From positions 202,453 through 266,452 of the forward strand of contig CAYJLF010000002.1 in the NCBI GenBank assembly GCA_964371055.1: 64,000 bases of DNA. The letters are read 5' to 3'. Source of the DNA: an uncultured bacterium (GTDB taxonomy: Bacteria; Eisenbacteria; RBG-16-71-46; CAIMUX01). Positions 46,866 through 57,460 of the stretch are shown piece by piece (the stretch's first letter is position 1; each line of letters opens with the position of its first letter). The position numbers were made by a program, and so were the translations under genes. The notes under the pieces are model-generated. The model was given only the letters and a program-made list of their open reading frames with translations, ran no database searches and was not told the origin of the DNA.

Positions 46866-48346
46866 CAACGGTCCTTCGAGTCGGGCGTCCCGCCCGTGGC
46901 GGTGCAGCCGCGTGGAAGGGCGCCGATCAGGCCGCATCCGGGCGGCGCCTGTTCGGGCAGGCAGGGTGAGCCCTCGGCGAGCGTGTAGAGACCTCGCGCG
47001 GGATCGCAGAAGAGGGGCGGGGCCGAGATGTTCCCCGGAGGAGGTCCCCCGGGATCGTCAGGCGGCCAGAGGTCGCAGCACTCGACGGAGACCGGCGCGC
47101 CCTGGACGGCGAGATTCCGCGCCGCGAGCGGGAAGGCGAGGATCGAGCCGAGCAGGCTTCCCGACGAACCGGGGAGGACATAGACGGCGGCGGGGTCGAT
47201 TCCGGGCAGGCCATTGTGGGTCAGCGTGCAGGAACGGAGTTCGAACGCGCCGCCGTCGCAGAGCAACGCGGAGCCTTCGCCCGCCTGGTTGTGGTTGAAG
47301 ATGGTCCCTGCGAAGGAGGAGATCACCGTGCTGTCGAGCAGGTGCAGCGCTCCTCCCTCCGCGCCCGTGTTGTCGCTGAAGCGCCCTCCTTCCACGTGGG
47401 CCGAGCCTTGCAGCAGCGCGAGCCCGACGCCGCGCACGCCGAGATTGGCGCGGAAGGTGCAGTCCTGTAACTCGGCCTGGTCGGTCATCTCGAAGAACGC
47501 CCCCCCGCCCCATCCCGCGAGGTTCTTCCGCATGGTGCAGGACACGATCGAGGGACGTCCCTGCAGCGCGTAGATCCCGCCGCCATAGTCGGCGCCGTTT
47601 CCTTCGATGACGAGGTTGCGCAGCGTGGGGGATGCGCCCAGCAGCAGGATCCCGCCGCCGAAACGGAAGACCCTTCCCTCGTCCCCGTCGCCCGGAGGAA
47701 CTGCGCCTCCGTCCGGCGCCGGGCGGGTTCGTTCCCCCAGTCGCAGGTCGCGCCGCCCCGAGGCCGGGTCCGGGGTTGCGGCTTCGTCATCGATCGTGGC
47801 GGGGAACACGCCGGGATCGGGCCGACCGATTCCGATCGACCCCGGCGCGGGAATCGCGTCGCCCGGTTGCCGGCGCAAGCGGGTGCCGGTGCCGCCGCAG
47901 AGCGTGAATCCCTCCAGCACCGATCCCGGTCCCTCGAGGACGTCCATCACGACCACCGATCCTGTGCTGTCGGCGTCGACCACGGTCACTTCGGGGCCGG
48001 AAAGAGAGCGGACGGTGACGGTCCGACCGCCGTAGTAGAGCCGGTCGCGGTAGCGCCCCGCCGCGACCAGCACCGTGTCGCCGTTTCCGGCCGCCAGGAT
48101 CGCGTGGCTGATGTAGAGGTACTCGCCGCTGCCGTCCGGGGCGACGAGGATGGTCCGAGCCAGCGCGGGGGAACCCGGGACCCCGGGCGCGACGAGCAGC
48201 AGGAGGGTCAGGAGGGAGGCGAGCGGCCCGAGTCGTGGGGCGAGGTCGGCCTTGGCAGGGTGCTGAAGACCTGGGCGGTGGGCCCGGCTTTTCAGCACCC
48301 TGCCAGTCGAGGTTCGGGCCGTGCGAGTCGCCGGGGCAGGACGCAT
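46865..48346 (-). CDS. Secreted right-handed parallel beta-helix repeat protein (pectin-lyase fold)
   Basis: Signal-like segment LGPLASLLTLLLLVAPGVPGSPALA. Repeated motifs such as GNGADYGGGIYAL, NLAGWGGGAFF and NTGAEGGALHL typical of beta-helix repeats. Start ATG 48346; the long N-region leaves the start uncertain. Confidence 0.55.
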   Translation of the reverse strand: MRPAPATRTARTSTGRVLKSRAHRPGLQHPAKADLAPRLGPLASLLTLLLLVAPGVPGSPALARTILVAPDGSGEYLYISHAILAAGNGDTVLVAAGRYRDRLYYGGRTVTVRSLSGPEVTVVDADSTGSVVVMDVLEGPGSVLEGFTLCGGTGTRLRRQPGDAIPAPGSIGIGRPDPGVFPATIDDEAATPDPASGRRDLRLGERTRPAPDGGAVPPGDGDEGRVFRFGGGILLLGASPTLRNLVIEGNGADYGGGIYALQGRPSIVSCTMRKNLAGWGGGAFFEMTDQAELQDCTFRANLGVRGVGLALLQGSAHVEGGRFSDNTGAEGGALHLLDSTVISSFAGTIFNHNQAGEGSALLCDGGAFELRSCTLTHNGLPGIDPAAVYVLPGSSGSLLGSILAFPLAARNLAVQGAPVSVECCDLWPPDDPGGPPPGNISAPPLFCDPARGLYTLAEGSPCLPEQAPPGCGLIGALPRGCTATGGTPDSKDR

Positions 48347-48475
48347 GCCGCCATTATAGCGCTCTGTCCGCGGCCGGCCGTGACCGCTCTTTGGCCGGGG
48401 GCCGTCGCGGCGCTATCATCGCTGGTCGCCCGCGCCGCGATCGCGCGCGGGCGGGGCGGGGTCGAAGGGGGGGTC

Positions 48476-50965
48476 ATGAACGAGATCAGCACTGGTCGGA
48501 AGATCGGCGGAAACCCGGCGCGGCTGAGGTGCGCGGCGGTCCTCGCGGCCGCCCTCGCGGTGGCCCTCCTGCTCCCCGCGGGCGGGTTCGCGATGGGAAA
48601 GAGCCGCTCATCCGCGCCGAGCCCGGCGGGCCCGGAGAGCCCGGACCAGGTCTATCCGCCATCGACCCTGGTCGCCCTCGACAATCCCCAGCAGGCGGCG
48701 ATCATCCGCCACGAAGTCGAGGTGCGGCTGGAGCCGGCCACCGGCGGGTGCGAGGGAAGCGATCGGATCACGATCGTGCACGCTCCGGGTGTCGCGATGG
48801 AAGAGCCGTTCTCGTTTCTCCTCTGGAGGGACCTGACCGTAGTCGACGCGCACCTGGATCCGAGCGAGACCTCGCAACCGCGCCCGGGTGGTCGCACCGA
48901 TGTCGCGCCTCGCGGCTTCACCATCGAGCCCCGGGAGCGGATGAATCCGCGCTCGTTCTGGCGCCGTCCTCCGTACGACCAGCTGGATGGATACGAGAAG
49001 GCCAGGCAGTACGATCTCCGTCCCGACCCGGACTATGGCGTCTGGCCCGAGACCCTGCGTCTGGTGATCACCTGGTCGGGGAGCCTGGTCGACTCGCTGC
49101 GCCCCCCGGCCGCCGCCTACGCGCGCTCGTTCGAGGAGACTGCAGGGTTGATCGAATCGCGCGGCGCTTATCTGAGCGGCGCGAGCTTCTGGGTGCCGTC
49201 CCGCCCCGGGGATGTCTTCTCGTTCCGCCTCCGGGCCGAGGTGCCCGATGGTTGGCGAGCCGTCTCGCAGGGAGCGATGGGACCCGGCGGCACCTGGGAC
49301 TGCCCGCACCCGATGGAGGAGATCTACCTGGTCGCCGGGCCCTGGACGCTGCACGAGCGTGAGCACCGCGGCGTTCGCGTGCAGAGCTTCACCTATGCGA
49401 ACACCGAGGCAGAGATCTACGAGCGTTACCTCGACGGCACGGGGCGCTATCTCGATCTCTACGACGAACTCATCGGTCCGTATCCGTTCGCGAAGTTCGC
49501 TCTGGTCGAGAACTTCTGGCAGACGGGATTCGGCATGCCTTCGTTCACACTCCTCGGCGATCGCGTGATCCGTCTCCCCTTCATTCTCGATACCTCCTAT
49601 GGCCATGAGATCCTGCACAACTGGTGGGGCAACGGCGTCTTCGTCGACTACGACAAGGGAAACTGGTGCGAGGGCCTGACGACCTACCAGGCCGACTATC
49701 TCTACCGGGAACGCGAGGGCCCGGCGGCGGCGCGCGACTACCGCCGGAACGCGCTGGCCGGCTACCTGGACTATGTGAGCGAGGAGGAGGATGAGCCGCT
49801 CGTCCTCTTCACCGGTCGCCACGACGCGGCCACGCAGGCGATCGGGTACTCCAAGTCGATGATGGTGATCCACCAGCTGCGCCGGACCTCCGGCGACGCG
49901 CGGTTCCGCGAGGCTCTGCGCCTGTTCTACCAGCGCCATCTCTGGCGGCGCGCGACCTGGGACGATCTTCTCGCTGCCTTCCGCGACGTGGCGGGGATCG
50001 ATCCCCGACGGTTCCGGGAGGAGTGGATCGAACGTCCCGGAGCACCGGCGATCGGCGTCCGCGACGTGACGATGGCGCCGGAGGCGGGGCGCTGGCGGGT
50101 CCGGGCGACCCTGGTCCAGGGAGCCGCGGCCGCCGAGCCGCCCGTGGACGAGAGCCGACTCTACGAACCGGGCGGGCCCGGGGAGAAGCCCGCGGCGGCG
50201 TCGAGCGCCGGGCGCTACTCGTTGCTCGTTCCGGTGCGGCTGGAGTGGGCGGATCGCGATTCGACCTGGCAGGTCCCGCTCGAGACCCTCTCGACGACCT
50301 GGTCGGTAGTGGTGGACGGAGCGCCGCGCCGGCTGCTCGTCGATCCTGATTTCGAGGTGCTTCGGCGGATCGATCGGGCCGAGATCCCGGCGACTTTGAG
50401 TCGAACCCTGGGGGCCGATACCGTCACCGTCGTAATCGGCGCCGGTCTCGATCCGGCGGTGGAAGGGGCCTGCCGCACCCTCGCGGCCTCGTGGGCGAAG
50501 GGACAAACCTTGACGATCGTCGAGGAACGCGCGCAGCCGAAGGGGTGGACCCCGAAGGGGAGCGCCTGGTATCTCGGCCTCGGACCCGGGGCGAAAGCGC
50601 GGATCACCGGGCTGCGCGAGGTCAGGATGCCGGGCGGGCCGCGGGCTTCGACCGATGTCTCCCTCGGATCGGCGGGGGTGGCGGGACCGGATCCGTGGCG
50701 GATCGCCGATGGGTCCTTCACGCCGGAGCACTCCTTTGTGCTGACCGGCGCCGATCCGCACCAGGCCGGCGCTTCGTGGACCGTGATCGCGCCGTCCGGA
50801 GCTTCCGCGGTGGGGGCGATCGGTGACAAGGTGCCGCACTACGGCAAGTACAGCTACCTCGTCCTCGAGGGCACCCGCGTCATCGCCAAGGGGGTGTGGG
50901 CGGACACGGCGTCCCCGCTGGTGGTCGAGCTCGCTGGTGGGACCGAGTTGAAGAGGAGGATGTGA
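48476..50965 (+). CDS. Secreted M1 family zinc peptidase (second, divergent M1 gene)
   Basis: ATG 48476 after GAAGGGGG. Signal peptide MNEISTGRKIGGNPARLRCAAVLAAALAVALLLPAGG. GHEILHNWWGNGV...NWCEGLTTY = HEXXH-X18-E, M1-like. Confidence 0.7.
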   Translation: MNEISTGRKIGGNPARLRCAAVLAAALAVALLLPAGGFAMGKSRSSAPSPAGPESPDQVYPPSTLVALDNPQQAAIIRHEVEVRLEPATGGCEGSDRITIVHAPGVAMEEPFSFLLWRDLTVVDAHLDPSETSQPRPGGRTDVAPRGFTIEPRERMNPRSFWRRPPYDQLDGYEKARQYDLRPDPDYGVWPETLRLVITWSGSLVDSLRPPAAAYARSFEETAGLIESRGAYLSGASFWVPSRPGDVFSFRLRAEVPDGWRAVSQGAMGPGGTWDCPHPMEEIYLVAGPWTLHEREHRGVRVQSFTYANTEAEIYERYLDGTGRYLDLYDELIGPYPFAKFALVENFWQTGFGMPSFTLLGDRVIRLPFILDTSYGHEILHNWWGNGVFVDYDKGNWCEGLTTYQADYLYREREGPAAARDYRRNALAGYLDYVSEEEDEPLVLFTGRHDAATQAIGYSKSMMVIHQLRRTSGDARFREALRLFYQRHLWRRATWDDLLAAFRDVAGIDPRRFREEWIERPGAPAIGVRDVTMAPEAGRWRVRATLVQGAAAAEPPVDESRLYEPGGPGEKPAAASSAGRYSLLVPVRLEWADRDSTWQVPLETLSTTWSVVVDGAPRRLLVDPDFEVLRRIDRAEIPATLSRTLGADTVTVVIGAGLDPAVEGACRTLAASWAKGQTLTIVEERAQPKGWTPKGSAWYLGLGPGAKARITGLREVRMPGGPRASTDVSLGSAGVAGPDPWRIADGSFTPEHSFVLTGADPHQAGASWTVIAPSGASAVGAIGDKVPHYGKYSYLVLEGTRVIAKGVWADTASPLVVELAGGTELKRRM

Positions 50966-52296
50966 TGCGCGCGACCATGAAGGCGTCCCGACCGATTGTG
51001 GCGAGTCTTGTCCTTGGGCTCGCGATCGCCGCGGCGATTCCCGCGGCGGCCCAGGGTCCTCCGGCGGCCAAGGCCGAGCAGGCGACGAAGGCGGAGAAGG
51101 CGTCCCATGCGGTCGTGGCGCGACTGCTCGAGACGGCGGCCCGCCTGTCGGCCCCCGAGATGGACGGACGTGGTCCCGGGACGCCGGGACTCGAGGCCGC
51201 GCGCGATCTCATCGTCGAGGGATTCCGGATCGCGGGTCTCGAGCCGACGGGAGGCGACGGCACGTTCTTGCAGAGCTTCACGCCCGAGGCGGCATCGATG
51301 CGCATCCCGGTCGACCTGCCGGCCGGCAAAGCCTGGGGTGAGTTCCCGCTGCAGAATGTCGTCGGCATCCTGCGGGGGTCCGGCGGCCCGGATGCCCGGT
51401 GCGTGGTGATCGGCGCCCACTACGACCACCTCGGTCGAGGCGCGGACGGCCTGATTCGACCGGGGGCGGACGACAACGCCTCCGGAGTCGCGCTCCTGCT
51501 GGAGCTCGCGGCGCGGTTGGGGGAAGAGGCCCCCTTTCGCAACTCCCTCGTCTTCGTCGCCTTCTCCGGCGAGGAGGAAGGGACGCTCGGGTCGTTCGAG
51601 TATCTGGCGCGGCCCGCCTGTCCCCTCGACCGGACGATCGCGATGCTGAACCTCGACACGGTGGGTCGGATGGAAGGGTCGCGCCTCTTCGTCTTCGGCA
51701 CACCGACCGCCGCGGAGTTCGGCGACCTGCTCAAGGGGATCAATCTCGGCCTGGGGCTCGATCTCTCGATGCCGGAAAGCGCCCCTTTCGCTTCGGACCA
51801 GGCGCCGTTCGTCGAGAAGGGGATTCCCGCGCTGCATCTTTTCACCGGTCCGAACGATGACTACCATAGGCCCGGTGACACGGCCGACAAGCTGAACGGC
51901 GAGGGGATGCGGCAGGTTCTGGACCTGACGCTGGAGGCGGCGATGTTCCTCGCGGAGCGGCCGGGACCTCTGGCCTTCGTGCCGCCGGGCGCGGGCAAGG
52001 TTGCGCAGATCGTGCCGAGTGGACCAGCGCGGCGCGTCAGCCTCGGAACGATCCCCGATTTCGGCCGGGCGTCAGGGGGAGTGCTCGTCACCGGGACCAC
52101 ACCGGGGAGTCCGGCCGAGGCGGCCGGCGTGGTGAAGGGGGACATCATCGTCGCCCTCGACGGCGAACCGATCGACAACCTCGGTGACTACTCCGCTGCG
52201 CTCAAGGCGCACCAGCCGGGAGACACGGTGGAGGTGGACCTGCAGCGGGAGGGAGAGCCGCGCCGGCTTCGGATCGGATTGGTGGAAAGGAAATAG
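50965..52296 (+). CDS. M28 family peptidase with C-terminal PDZ domain
   Basis: ATG overlaps the upstream stop (TGATG) after AAGAGGAGGA. Signal peptide. M28 motifs HYDHLG and GADDNASGVALLLELA. PDZ domain GSPAEAAGVVKGDIIVALDG. Confidence 0.8.
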   Translation: MRATMKASRPIVASLVLGLAIAAAIPAAAQGPPAAKAEQATKAEKASHAVVARLLETAARLSAPEMDGRGPGTPGLEAARDLIVEGFRIAGLEPTGGDGTFLQSFTPEAASMRIPVDLPAGKAWGEFPLQNVVGILRGSGGPDARCVVIGAHYDHLGRGADGLIRPGADDNASGVALLLELAARLGEEAPFRNSLVFVAFSGEEEGTLGSFEYLARPACPLDRTIAMLNLDTVGRMEGSRLFVFGTPTAAEFGDLLKGINLGLGLDLSMPESAPFASDQAPFVEKGIPALHLFTGPNDDYHRPGDTADKLNGEGMRQVLDLTLEAAMFLAERPGPLAFVPPGAGKVAQIVPSGPARRVSLGTIPDFGRASGGVLVTGTTPGSPAEAAGVVKGDIIVALDGEPIDNLGDYSAALKAHQPGDTVEVDLQREGEPRRLRIGLVERK

Positions 52297-52368
52297 GCGC
52301 CACCGTCGAACCGGACGCGCGCCGTCGGGTACCATACGTCGTCCCCGGACCAGGAAAGGAAACCAGGC

Positions 52369-53460
52369 ATGATCTCGAGCCTCATCCCGAGTCGAACGAC
52401 GCCCGGCCTGCCGGCTGCCCGCGGGCGGCGCGTCGCAGCCGGACTCCCCGCCACGCTCCCGGCCGTTTACCCGGCCGTCATCCTGGCCGTTCTCGTGGCC
52501 GTGGTTGTCCTCTGCATCGTCCCGGCGGCGATTGCCGAGGCCCAGTCCGACGCCCCGGCGGTGGCCGGGGTGCAGTGGCGGAACCTGACGCTGGATGAGG
52601 CGCTGCAGGAGGCGGGCGAGCGGAACACGATGGTGCTCGTCGATGTCTGGGCCGCGCACTGCCATTCGTGCGGAGACATGGACATCGAGGTCTGGGAGAC
52701 GCCCGAAGGGGTCGAGCTGACCGAGGGGCTCATCCCGATCAAGATCGACACCCAGACGCCGGCCGGGCGGGAGTTCATGAAGCGGTATCCCGTCACCGGC
52801 CTGCCGGCGACCATCGTCCTTCACCCGGATGGCGCCGAAATGGATCGCGTTGAGGGCTACACCGACCGCAACGTCTTCCTGCAGGCGGCCCGGCCGCTCC
52901 ACGACGGAATCGACCCGCTGCCGGGCATGGAGGAGCAGCTCCGCCAGAACCCGGGGCAACTGCCGCTCTTGGGCGACCTGCTCGAGCGCTATCTTTTCCG
53001 CAAGCGGATGGCCGACGCCGATTCCGTCTACCAGCGGATCCTCAGGCTCGATCCGGACAACGCGCTGAAGGCGGCGGAGAAGGCGATCAGCAAGATGGCG
53101 CGCTTCGAGGAGAACTTCACCCTCGACTACGCCAAGGCGGCCGGATACTACAAGGAGCTCGCGGAGCGATACCCGACCACGCCGACGGTCTCCGGAGGTG
53201 TCAGCGGGGCACACAAGGCGCTGATGAAGGCGGGGCGCAGCCGGGAGTGGATCGACTGGATCTGCCCTCTGCTCGAGAAGTACCCCGACGCGGTATATCT
53301 TCACCGGACGGCCGCGATGACGGCATGGAGCAACGGGTTCCGGAACCCCTGTTTCGCGAATGCGGCGCGCGTGGCGGCGCGCGACGGCGGCCGGATGGCC
53401 TCGTTCCTCGACTCGATCGCCGTGATCATGGATGGGAAACCCGCGGGAGACGGCCGCTAA
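52369..53460 (+). CDS. Membrane-anchored Thioredoxin_7-type thioredoxin-fold protein (CHSC active site) with alpha-helical TPR-like C-terminal region
   Basis: TM anchor AVILAVLVAVVVLCIVPAAIA. MVLVDVWAAHCHSCGDMD...YPVTGLPATIVLHPDG matches the DsbD-gamma/Thioredoxin_7 pattern. Confidence 0.65.
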   Translation: MISSLIPSRTTPGLPAARGRRVAAGLPATLPAVYPAVILAVLVAVVVLCIVPAAIAEAQSDAPAVAGVQWRNLTLDEALQEAGERNTMVLVDVWAAHCHSCGDMDIEVWETPEGVELTEGLIPIKIDTQTPAGREFMKRYPVTGLPATIVLHPDGAEMDRVEGYTDRNVFLQAARPLHDGIDPLPGMEEQLRQNPGQLPLLGDLLERYLFRKRMADADSVYQRILRLDPDNALKAAEKAISKMARFEENFTLDYAKAAGYYKELAERYPTTPTVSGGVSGAHKALMKAGRSREWIDWICPLLEKYPDAVYLHRTAAMTAWSNGFRNPCFANAARVAARDGGRMASFLDSIAVIMDGKPAGDGR

Positions 53461-53636
53461 CGGGACTCATCGCGCTGCATCCGTTCCTCTGATCGCGACT
53501 CGATCGCGGCTCAAGCCGCTGCCGCCGGCGCAGTTCCTGTGCTATACTCGATGCGGTTGTTCCACATGCCTCTTCCGGTGCGATGCTGGGGTTCCGGGGG
53601 AGCGCCGTTTTCGATCCCTTCTGAGGAGTCCTCACG

Positions 53637-55787
53637 ATGCACATTGGCTACCGGATGGTCGCGGGCCCGGGCATGCGCCTGGTGTCCGTCCTGGGGCTGG
53701 TTGTCCTGTTCTGGGCGTCGGGTCTGGCCGCGCCGCTTCTGGCCGCGGACGAAGGGTGGAGCGAGGCGCAGGAGCTGGCGCAGATCCGTCAGATGATCGC
53801 GGACGAGGGATTGGATTGGGAAGCGGGTCGGACCGACGTGAGCATGATCCCGCCATCCCAGAGGGCTGGTTATCTCGGCCTCATCCCGCTGGCCGAGGAC
53901 CAGGTCTCGAAAGGGAGCAGCGGCACGCTCATTCCGCTGCCGGAGCGCGACCTGCCCACCTACTTCGATTGGCGATACGCCAACAGCGAGCATGGCGTCG
54001 GTGTGACGTCGGCCAAGAACCAGGGAGGCTGCGGATCATGCTGGGCCTTCGCCGCCGTGGCCGCCCTCGAGGGGCTCTACAAGATCCGCAACAACGGAAC
54101 CCAGGTCCTCCTTTCCGAGCAGCAGTGCCTCTCGTGCGACGAGTACGGCTATAACTGTGAAGGCGGCAACATGGTCGCCTGTTACGACCTCTGGAGCTGG
54201 TACGGCGCGGTCCCGCAGACCTGCATGCCGTACTACGGCAACGACGGCATCGCCTGCACGATGGACGAGTGCGACGTCAAAGCGCGCATCACCGGCACGC
54301 TGGCGGTGGCCTGGAACACCACGGCCCTCAAGACCGCCATCATGACCCAGCCGCTCGCGGTCACGATCTACGCCGACAACCCGATGTTCTCCTACTCCGG
54401 CGGCTGCTACCAGGGACCGAACCTGACCCCGAACCATGCGGTTCTCCTCTGTGGCTGGGATGACAGCCAGTGCAGCGGCGCGGGCGCGTGGCTGATCAAG
54501 AACAGCTGGGGGACGGGCTGGGGCATGAGCGGCTTCGGCTGGATCAAGTACGGTACCTCCGGGATCGGACGCGAGGGTCGGCTCCTGACCTACGAACCGT
54601 TTTCCACCACCAGGGTCGCCTATCTCTCCCACCAGGTGCTGGACGGGAACAACGGAGCGCTCGAGCCGGGAGAGACCGCACAGATCGCGGTGACGGTGCT
54701 GAACCACGCGGCGGCCAACGCGACCGGCGTGAACGGCATCCTCCGGTCCCTGACGCCGGGGGTGGTCGTGACCGACAGCGTGGCGGCTTTTGGAGACTGC
54801 AACACCTGGTCGTCAAGCGCTTCGCAGGCGCCGCACTTCACGGTCTCGGCCCAGGGAATCGCCTCGGGCGCGAGGCTCGACTTCGAGCTGGAGATCTCCA
54901 CGGCGCAGACCGTTTCCACCGTGTCCAGCTTCTCGGACGTGGCGGTGCCGGTCTCGGTGGTCTACAGCAACGACTTCGAGGGGACGACCACCGGTTGGGC
55001 GCACGGGGCGTCACTCGGTGCGGATGACTGGCGTCTCGGCACGCCGCGCACCTTCGTCGAGCAATGGGACCCGAAGGTTGCCGCCTCGGGCGTGAAGCTC
55101 TTCGGCAACGACCTCAATGAGACCTCGGGCGGGAGCTGGGACGGGCTCTACCAGAACGACAGCAACGTCTGGCTGGAGTCGCCGACGGTCAACTGCAGCG
55201 GGCAGACCGGGTGCTGGCTTTCGTTCAAGCGGGTGCTGAACTCCGAGCGGGGGATCTACGATGTGGCCCGCGTCCTGGTGAACGGCACCGAAATCTGGCG
55301 GAACCCGTCGAACTACGATCACATCGACCGGGTCTGGACGCCGATCCTGACGGACATCCACGAGCTTGCCGACGGCAACGCCGCGGTGAAGGTGCGGTTC
55401 GAGATGACCGGTGATCCGGGCTGGCGGTTCGGCGGCTGGAACCTGGACGACTTCCGGATCGTCGCGACGAACCTGGATGTCAACGCGGTGCCGCCGGCCG
55501 CCGGCGCCGAGCGCATCGCGTTGTCGATCGGCCCGAATCCCTTCTCCGGCGCGACCGGCATCCGGCTCATCGTGCCCGAGGGCGCCCTCGAGGCGCGCGT
55601 GCAGGTGTTCGACACGCAGGGCCGTGCGATCAAGTCGCTCTATACGGGGGCGCTCGATCCGGGGCTGCACCAGCTGACCTGGGTCGGTTCCGATGACGCG
55701 GGGAATCGCGTGTCGGCCGGGACTTACTTCGTGCGGGCCGAGGCGGACGGACAGGTCACGCGCGGAAAGGTCGTGCGGTTGCCGTAG
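53637..55787 (+). CDS. Papain-like C1 cysteine peptidase with FlgD-Ig-like C-terminal domain
   Basis: Catalytic Cys motif QGGCGSCWAFA, His NHAVLLCGWDD, Asn NSWGTGWG. CTD IGPNPFSGATGIRL...LTWVGSDDAGNRVSAGTYFVRAEADGQVTRGKVVRLP. Candidate promoter TGCTATACT at ~53550. ATG 53673 is an alternative start. Confidence 0.8.
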   Translation: MHIGYRMVAGPGMRLVSVLGLVVLFWASGLAAPLLAADEGWSEAQELAQIRQMIADEGLDWEAGRTDVSMIPPSQRAGYLGLIPLAEDQVSKGSSGTLIPLPERDLPTYFDWRYANSEHGVGVTSAKNQGGCGSCWAFAAVAALEGLYKIRNNGTQVLLSEQQCLSCDEYGYNCEGGNMVACYDLWSWYGAVPQTCMPYYGNDGIACTMDECDVKARITGTLAVAWNTTALKTAIMTQPLAVTIYADNPMFSYSGGCYQGPNLTPNHAVLLCGWDDSQCSGAGAWLIKNSWGTGWGMSGFGWIKYGTSGIGREGRLLTYEPFSTTRVAYLSHQVLDGNNGALEPGETAQIAVTVLNHAAANATGVNGILRSLTPGVVVTDSVAAFGDCNTWSSSASQAPHFTVSAQGIASGARLDFELEISTAQTVSTVSSFSDVAVPVSVVYSNDFEGTTTGWAHGASLGADDWRLGTPRTFVEQWDPKVAASGVKLFGNDLNETSGGSWDGLYQNDSNVWLESPTVNCSGQTGCWLSFKRVLNSERGIYDVARVLVNGTEIWRNPSNYDHIDRVWTPILTDIHELADGNAAVKVRFEMTGDPGWRFGGWNLDDFRIVATNLDVNAVPPAAGAERIALSIGPNPFSGATGIRLIVPEGALEARVQVFDTQGRAIKSLYTGALDPGLHQLTWVGSDDAGNRVSAGTYFVRAEADGQVTRGKVVRLP

Positions 55788-55812
55788 CCGCAGGCGCGAG
55801 CGGCGGCGGTTC

Positions 55813-57279
55813 CTACGAGGGGCGCCGCCGCTCGAACGCGAATCCCAGGTTTCCCGTGATCGCCTCCAGCCAGGCCTGTTCCTGCTTGCTGAAGGGCGGA
55901 TCTTCGGTCCGGCAGAGGAACTGCAGTCCGATCGGGCGCTCGTGGGCGATGATCGGAGCCATGACGATGTGGCGCGCCCGCAGCTCGACCGCGACCGGAA
56001 GATTCCACGCCTCTCCCTTCGGCTCGCCCCGCCATGCGTTCCGGCTGATCAGGCACTGCACGATCGGCGAGGTCCGGCGGTTCATGTCCGCGGTCAGGAT
56101 CGAGGGGGGGAACTTCTCGCCGCGACCCGCATGGAAGCGGCCGCGCAGCATGCTCTGACCGGCGTCGAGCAGCGCCAGGATCACATGGTCCGGTCGCAGG
56201 ACCCGGAAGGCCGCCTCCTGGGCCATGAGCAGCAGGTGGTTGACGTCCGCGCCGCGTCGCACCAGCCCCATCATCTCGGTGAGGTAGTTGCCGATCGCCA
56301 GTTCCGGCGCCTCGCCCCCCTCGTCCAACTCGTTCTGGGCCGAGCCCAGGGTCAGCCCGGCGGCGACCTGGGCGGCGCTGACCCGGCCCCACTGCACGAT
56401 CTTGACCATCATCTCGACGTCTCGAGTCGTCAGCTTGAAGAAGCGTTGGATGTTGGCGTCGTGGTCCGAGGTCTGGCGGACGAGGTCCGCCACGGAAAAG
56501 TCGCGGGCGCCCAGGATCGCGCCCAGCCGCTGCTCGGCCGCCGCGAGTTGGGCCTCGCCGCCGCTGGTGTTGCCGAAGAGCATGTCGGCGAGACGTCCCG
56601 CCTCGCGGATCATGTCCGCCCGACGCTGAGAGGTCGGATCTTCCTCGGAGGGTCGCGCGGCGGTGTTGCCCTCCTCGCCCAGGTGCCAGTGTTCCAGGAC
56701 CGCGTGGCGGATGACGTCGTACTCCACCCCGAAGATCCGCCGGCATGCCTCCTCGAAGCTGATCTCCTCGGAGGCCATCAGCTTCTCCGCCTCTTTGTAG
56801 GGCTGCGGGAAGGTGTTGGCGAGGACGAGGCGCGGCACCTGTTGCAGGAGTCCGGCGACGAATCCCTCTTCGGGGCTGGTGTGTCCCTGCCGCCGGTACA
56901 GCTCCATCGCGATCGAGCCCGCGAAGTAGGTGGCGGCGTACATACGGTAGAGATCGGGGGTACGCGCGTTGCCTCCCGCCTGCTTGAAGAGGGACAACCC
57001 CAGGGCCAGCGCGCGAATTCGCGTGAAGCCGAGCCGGATGACCGCGGCCGAGATCGTCTTGACCGGCTCCACTCCGGCGTAGAGGGCCGAGTTGGCGGTC
57101 ACGAGAAGATTCGTCGAGAGCGAAGCGTCGCGCATGATGACTTCGGAGAGGTCGGCGAAGGAACTCTCGTCCTTCTCGGTCACCGCGCAGACGTCGCTGA
57201 CGTTCTTGTCCAGGGCCCGCAGCGTCCCCTTCTCCAGCATGGCGGCCAGCAGGCGCCGCGGGTCGGGTCGTTCCAGCAT
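55813..57279 (-). CDS. HDOD domain signal-transduction protein with additional C-terminal (GAF-like) region
   Basis: N-terminal HDOD pattern (DLSEVIMRDASLSTNLLVTANSALYAGVEPVKTISAAVIRLGF...). No output domain recognised. Confidence 0.6.
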   Translation of the reverse strand: MLERPDPRRLLAAMLEKGTLRALDKNVSDVCAVTEKDESSFADLSEVIMRDASLSTNLLVTANSALYAGVEPVKTISAAVIRLGFTRIRALALGLSLFKQAGGNARTPDLYRMYAATYFAGSIAMELYRRQGHTSPEEGFVAGLLQQVPRLVLANTFPQPYKEAEKLMASEEISFEEACRRIFGVEYDVIRHAVLEHWHLGEEGNTAARPSEEDPTSQRRADMIREAGRLADMLFGNTSGGEAQLAAAEQRLGAILGARDFSVADLVRQTSDHDANIQRFFKLTTRDVEMMVKIVQWGRVSAAQVAAGLTLGSAQNELDEGGEAPELAIGNYLTEMMGLVRRGADVNHLLLMAQEAAFRVLRPDHVILALLDAGQSMLRGRFHAGRGEKFPPSILTADMNRRTSPIVQCLISRNAWRGEPKGEAWNLPVAVELRARHIVMAPIIAHERPIGLQFLCRTEDPPFSKQEQAWLEAITGNLGFAFERRRPS

Positions 57280-57460
57280 GGCGGGAGGCTACGGCCGGGG
57301 CGGAGGGGCGTCAATCCGGACCGACTCGGTCATTGAGACCAATGGTCACCCGGACCGGGGCATCCAACGAGGGTTCGGCCGGCTGCCGGTCCGGACTGTC
57401 GCTGTGACCTGTCCTCTCATCAGCTCGCCGGATCGAAATCACAACCGAGGAGGAGCCGCC

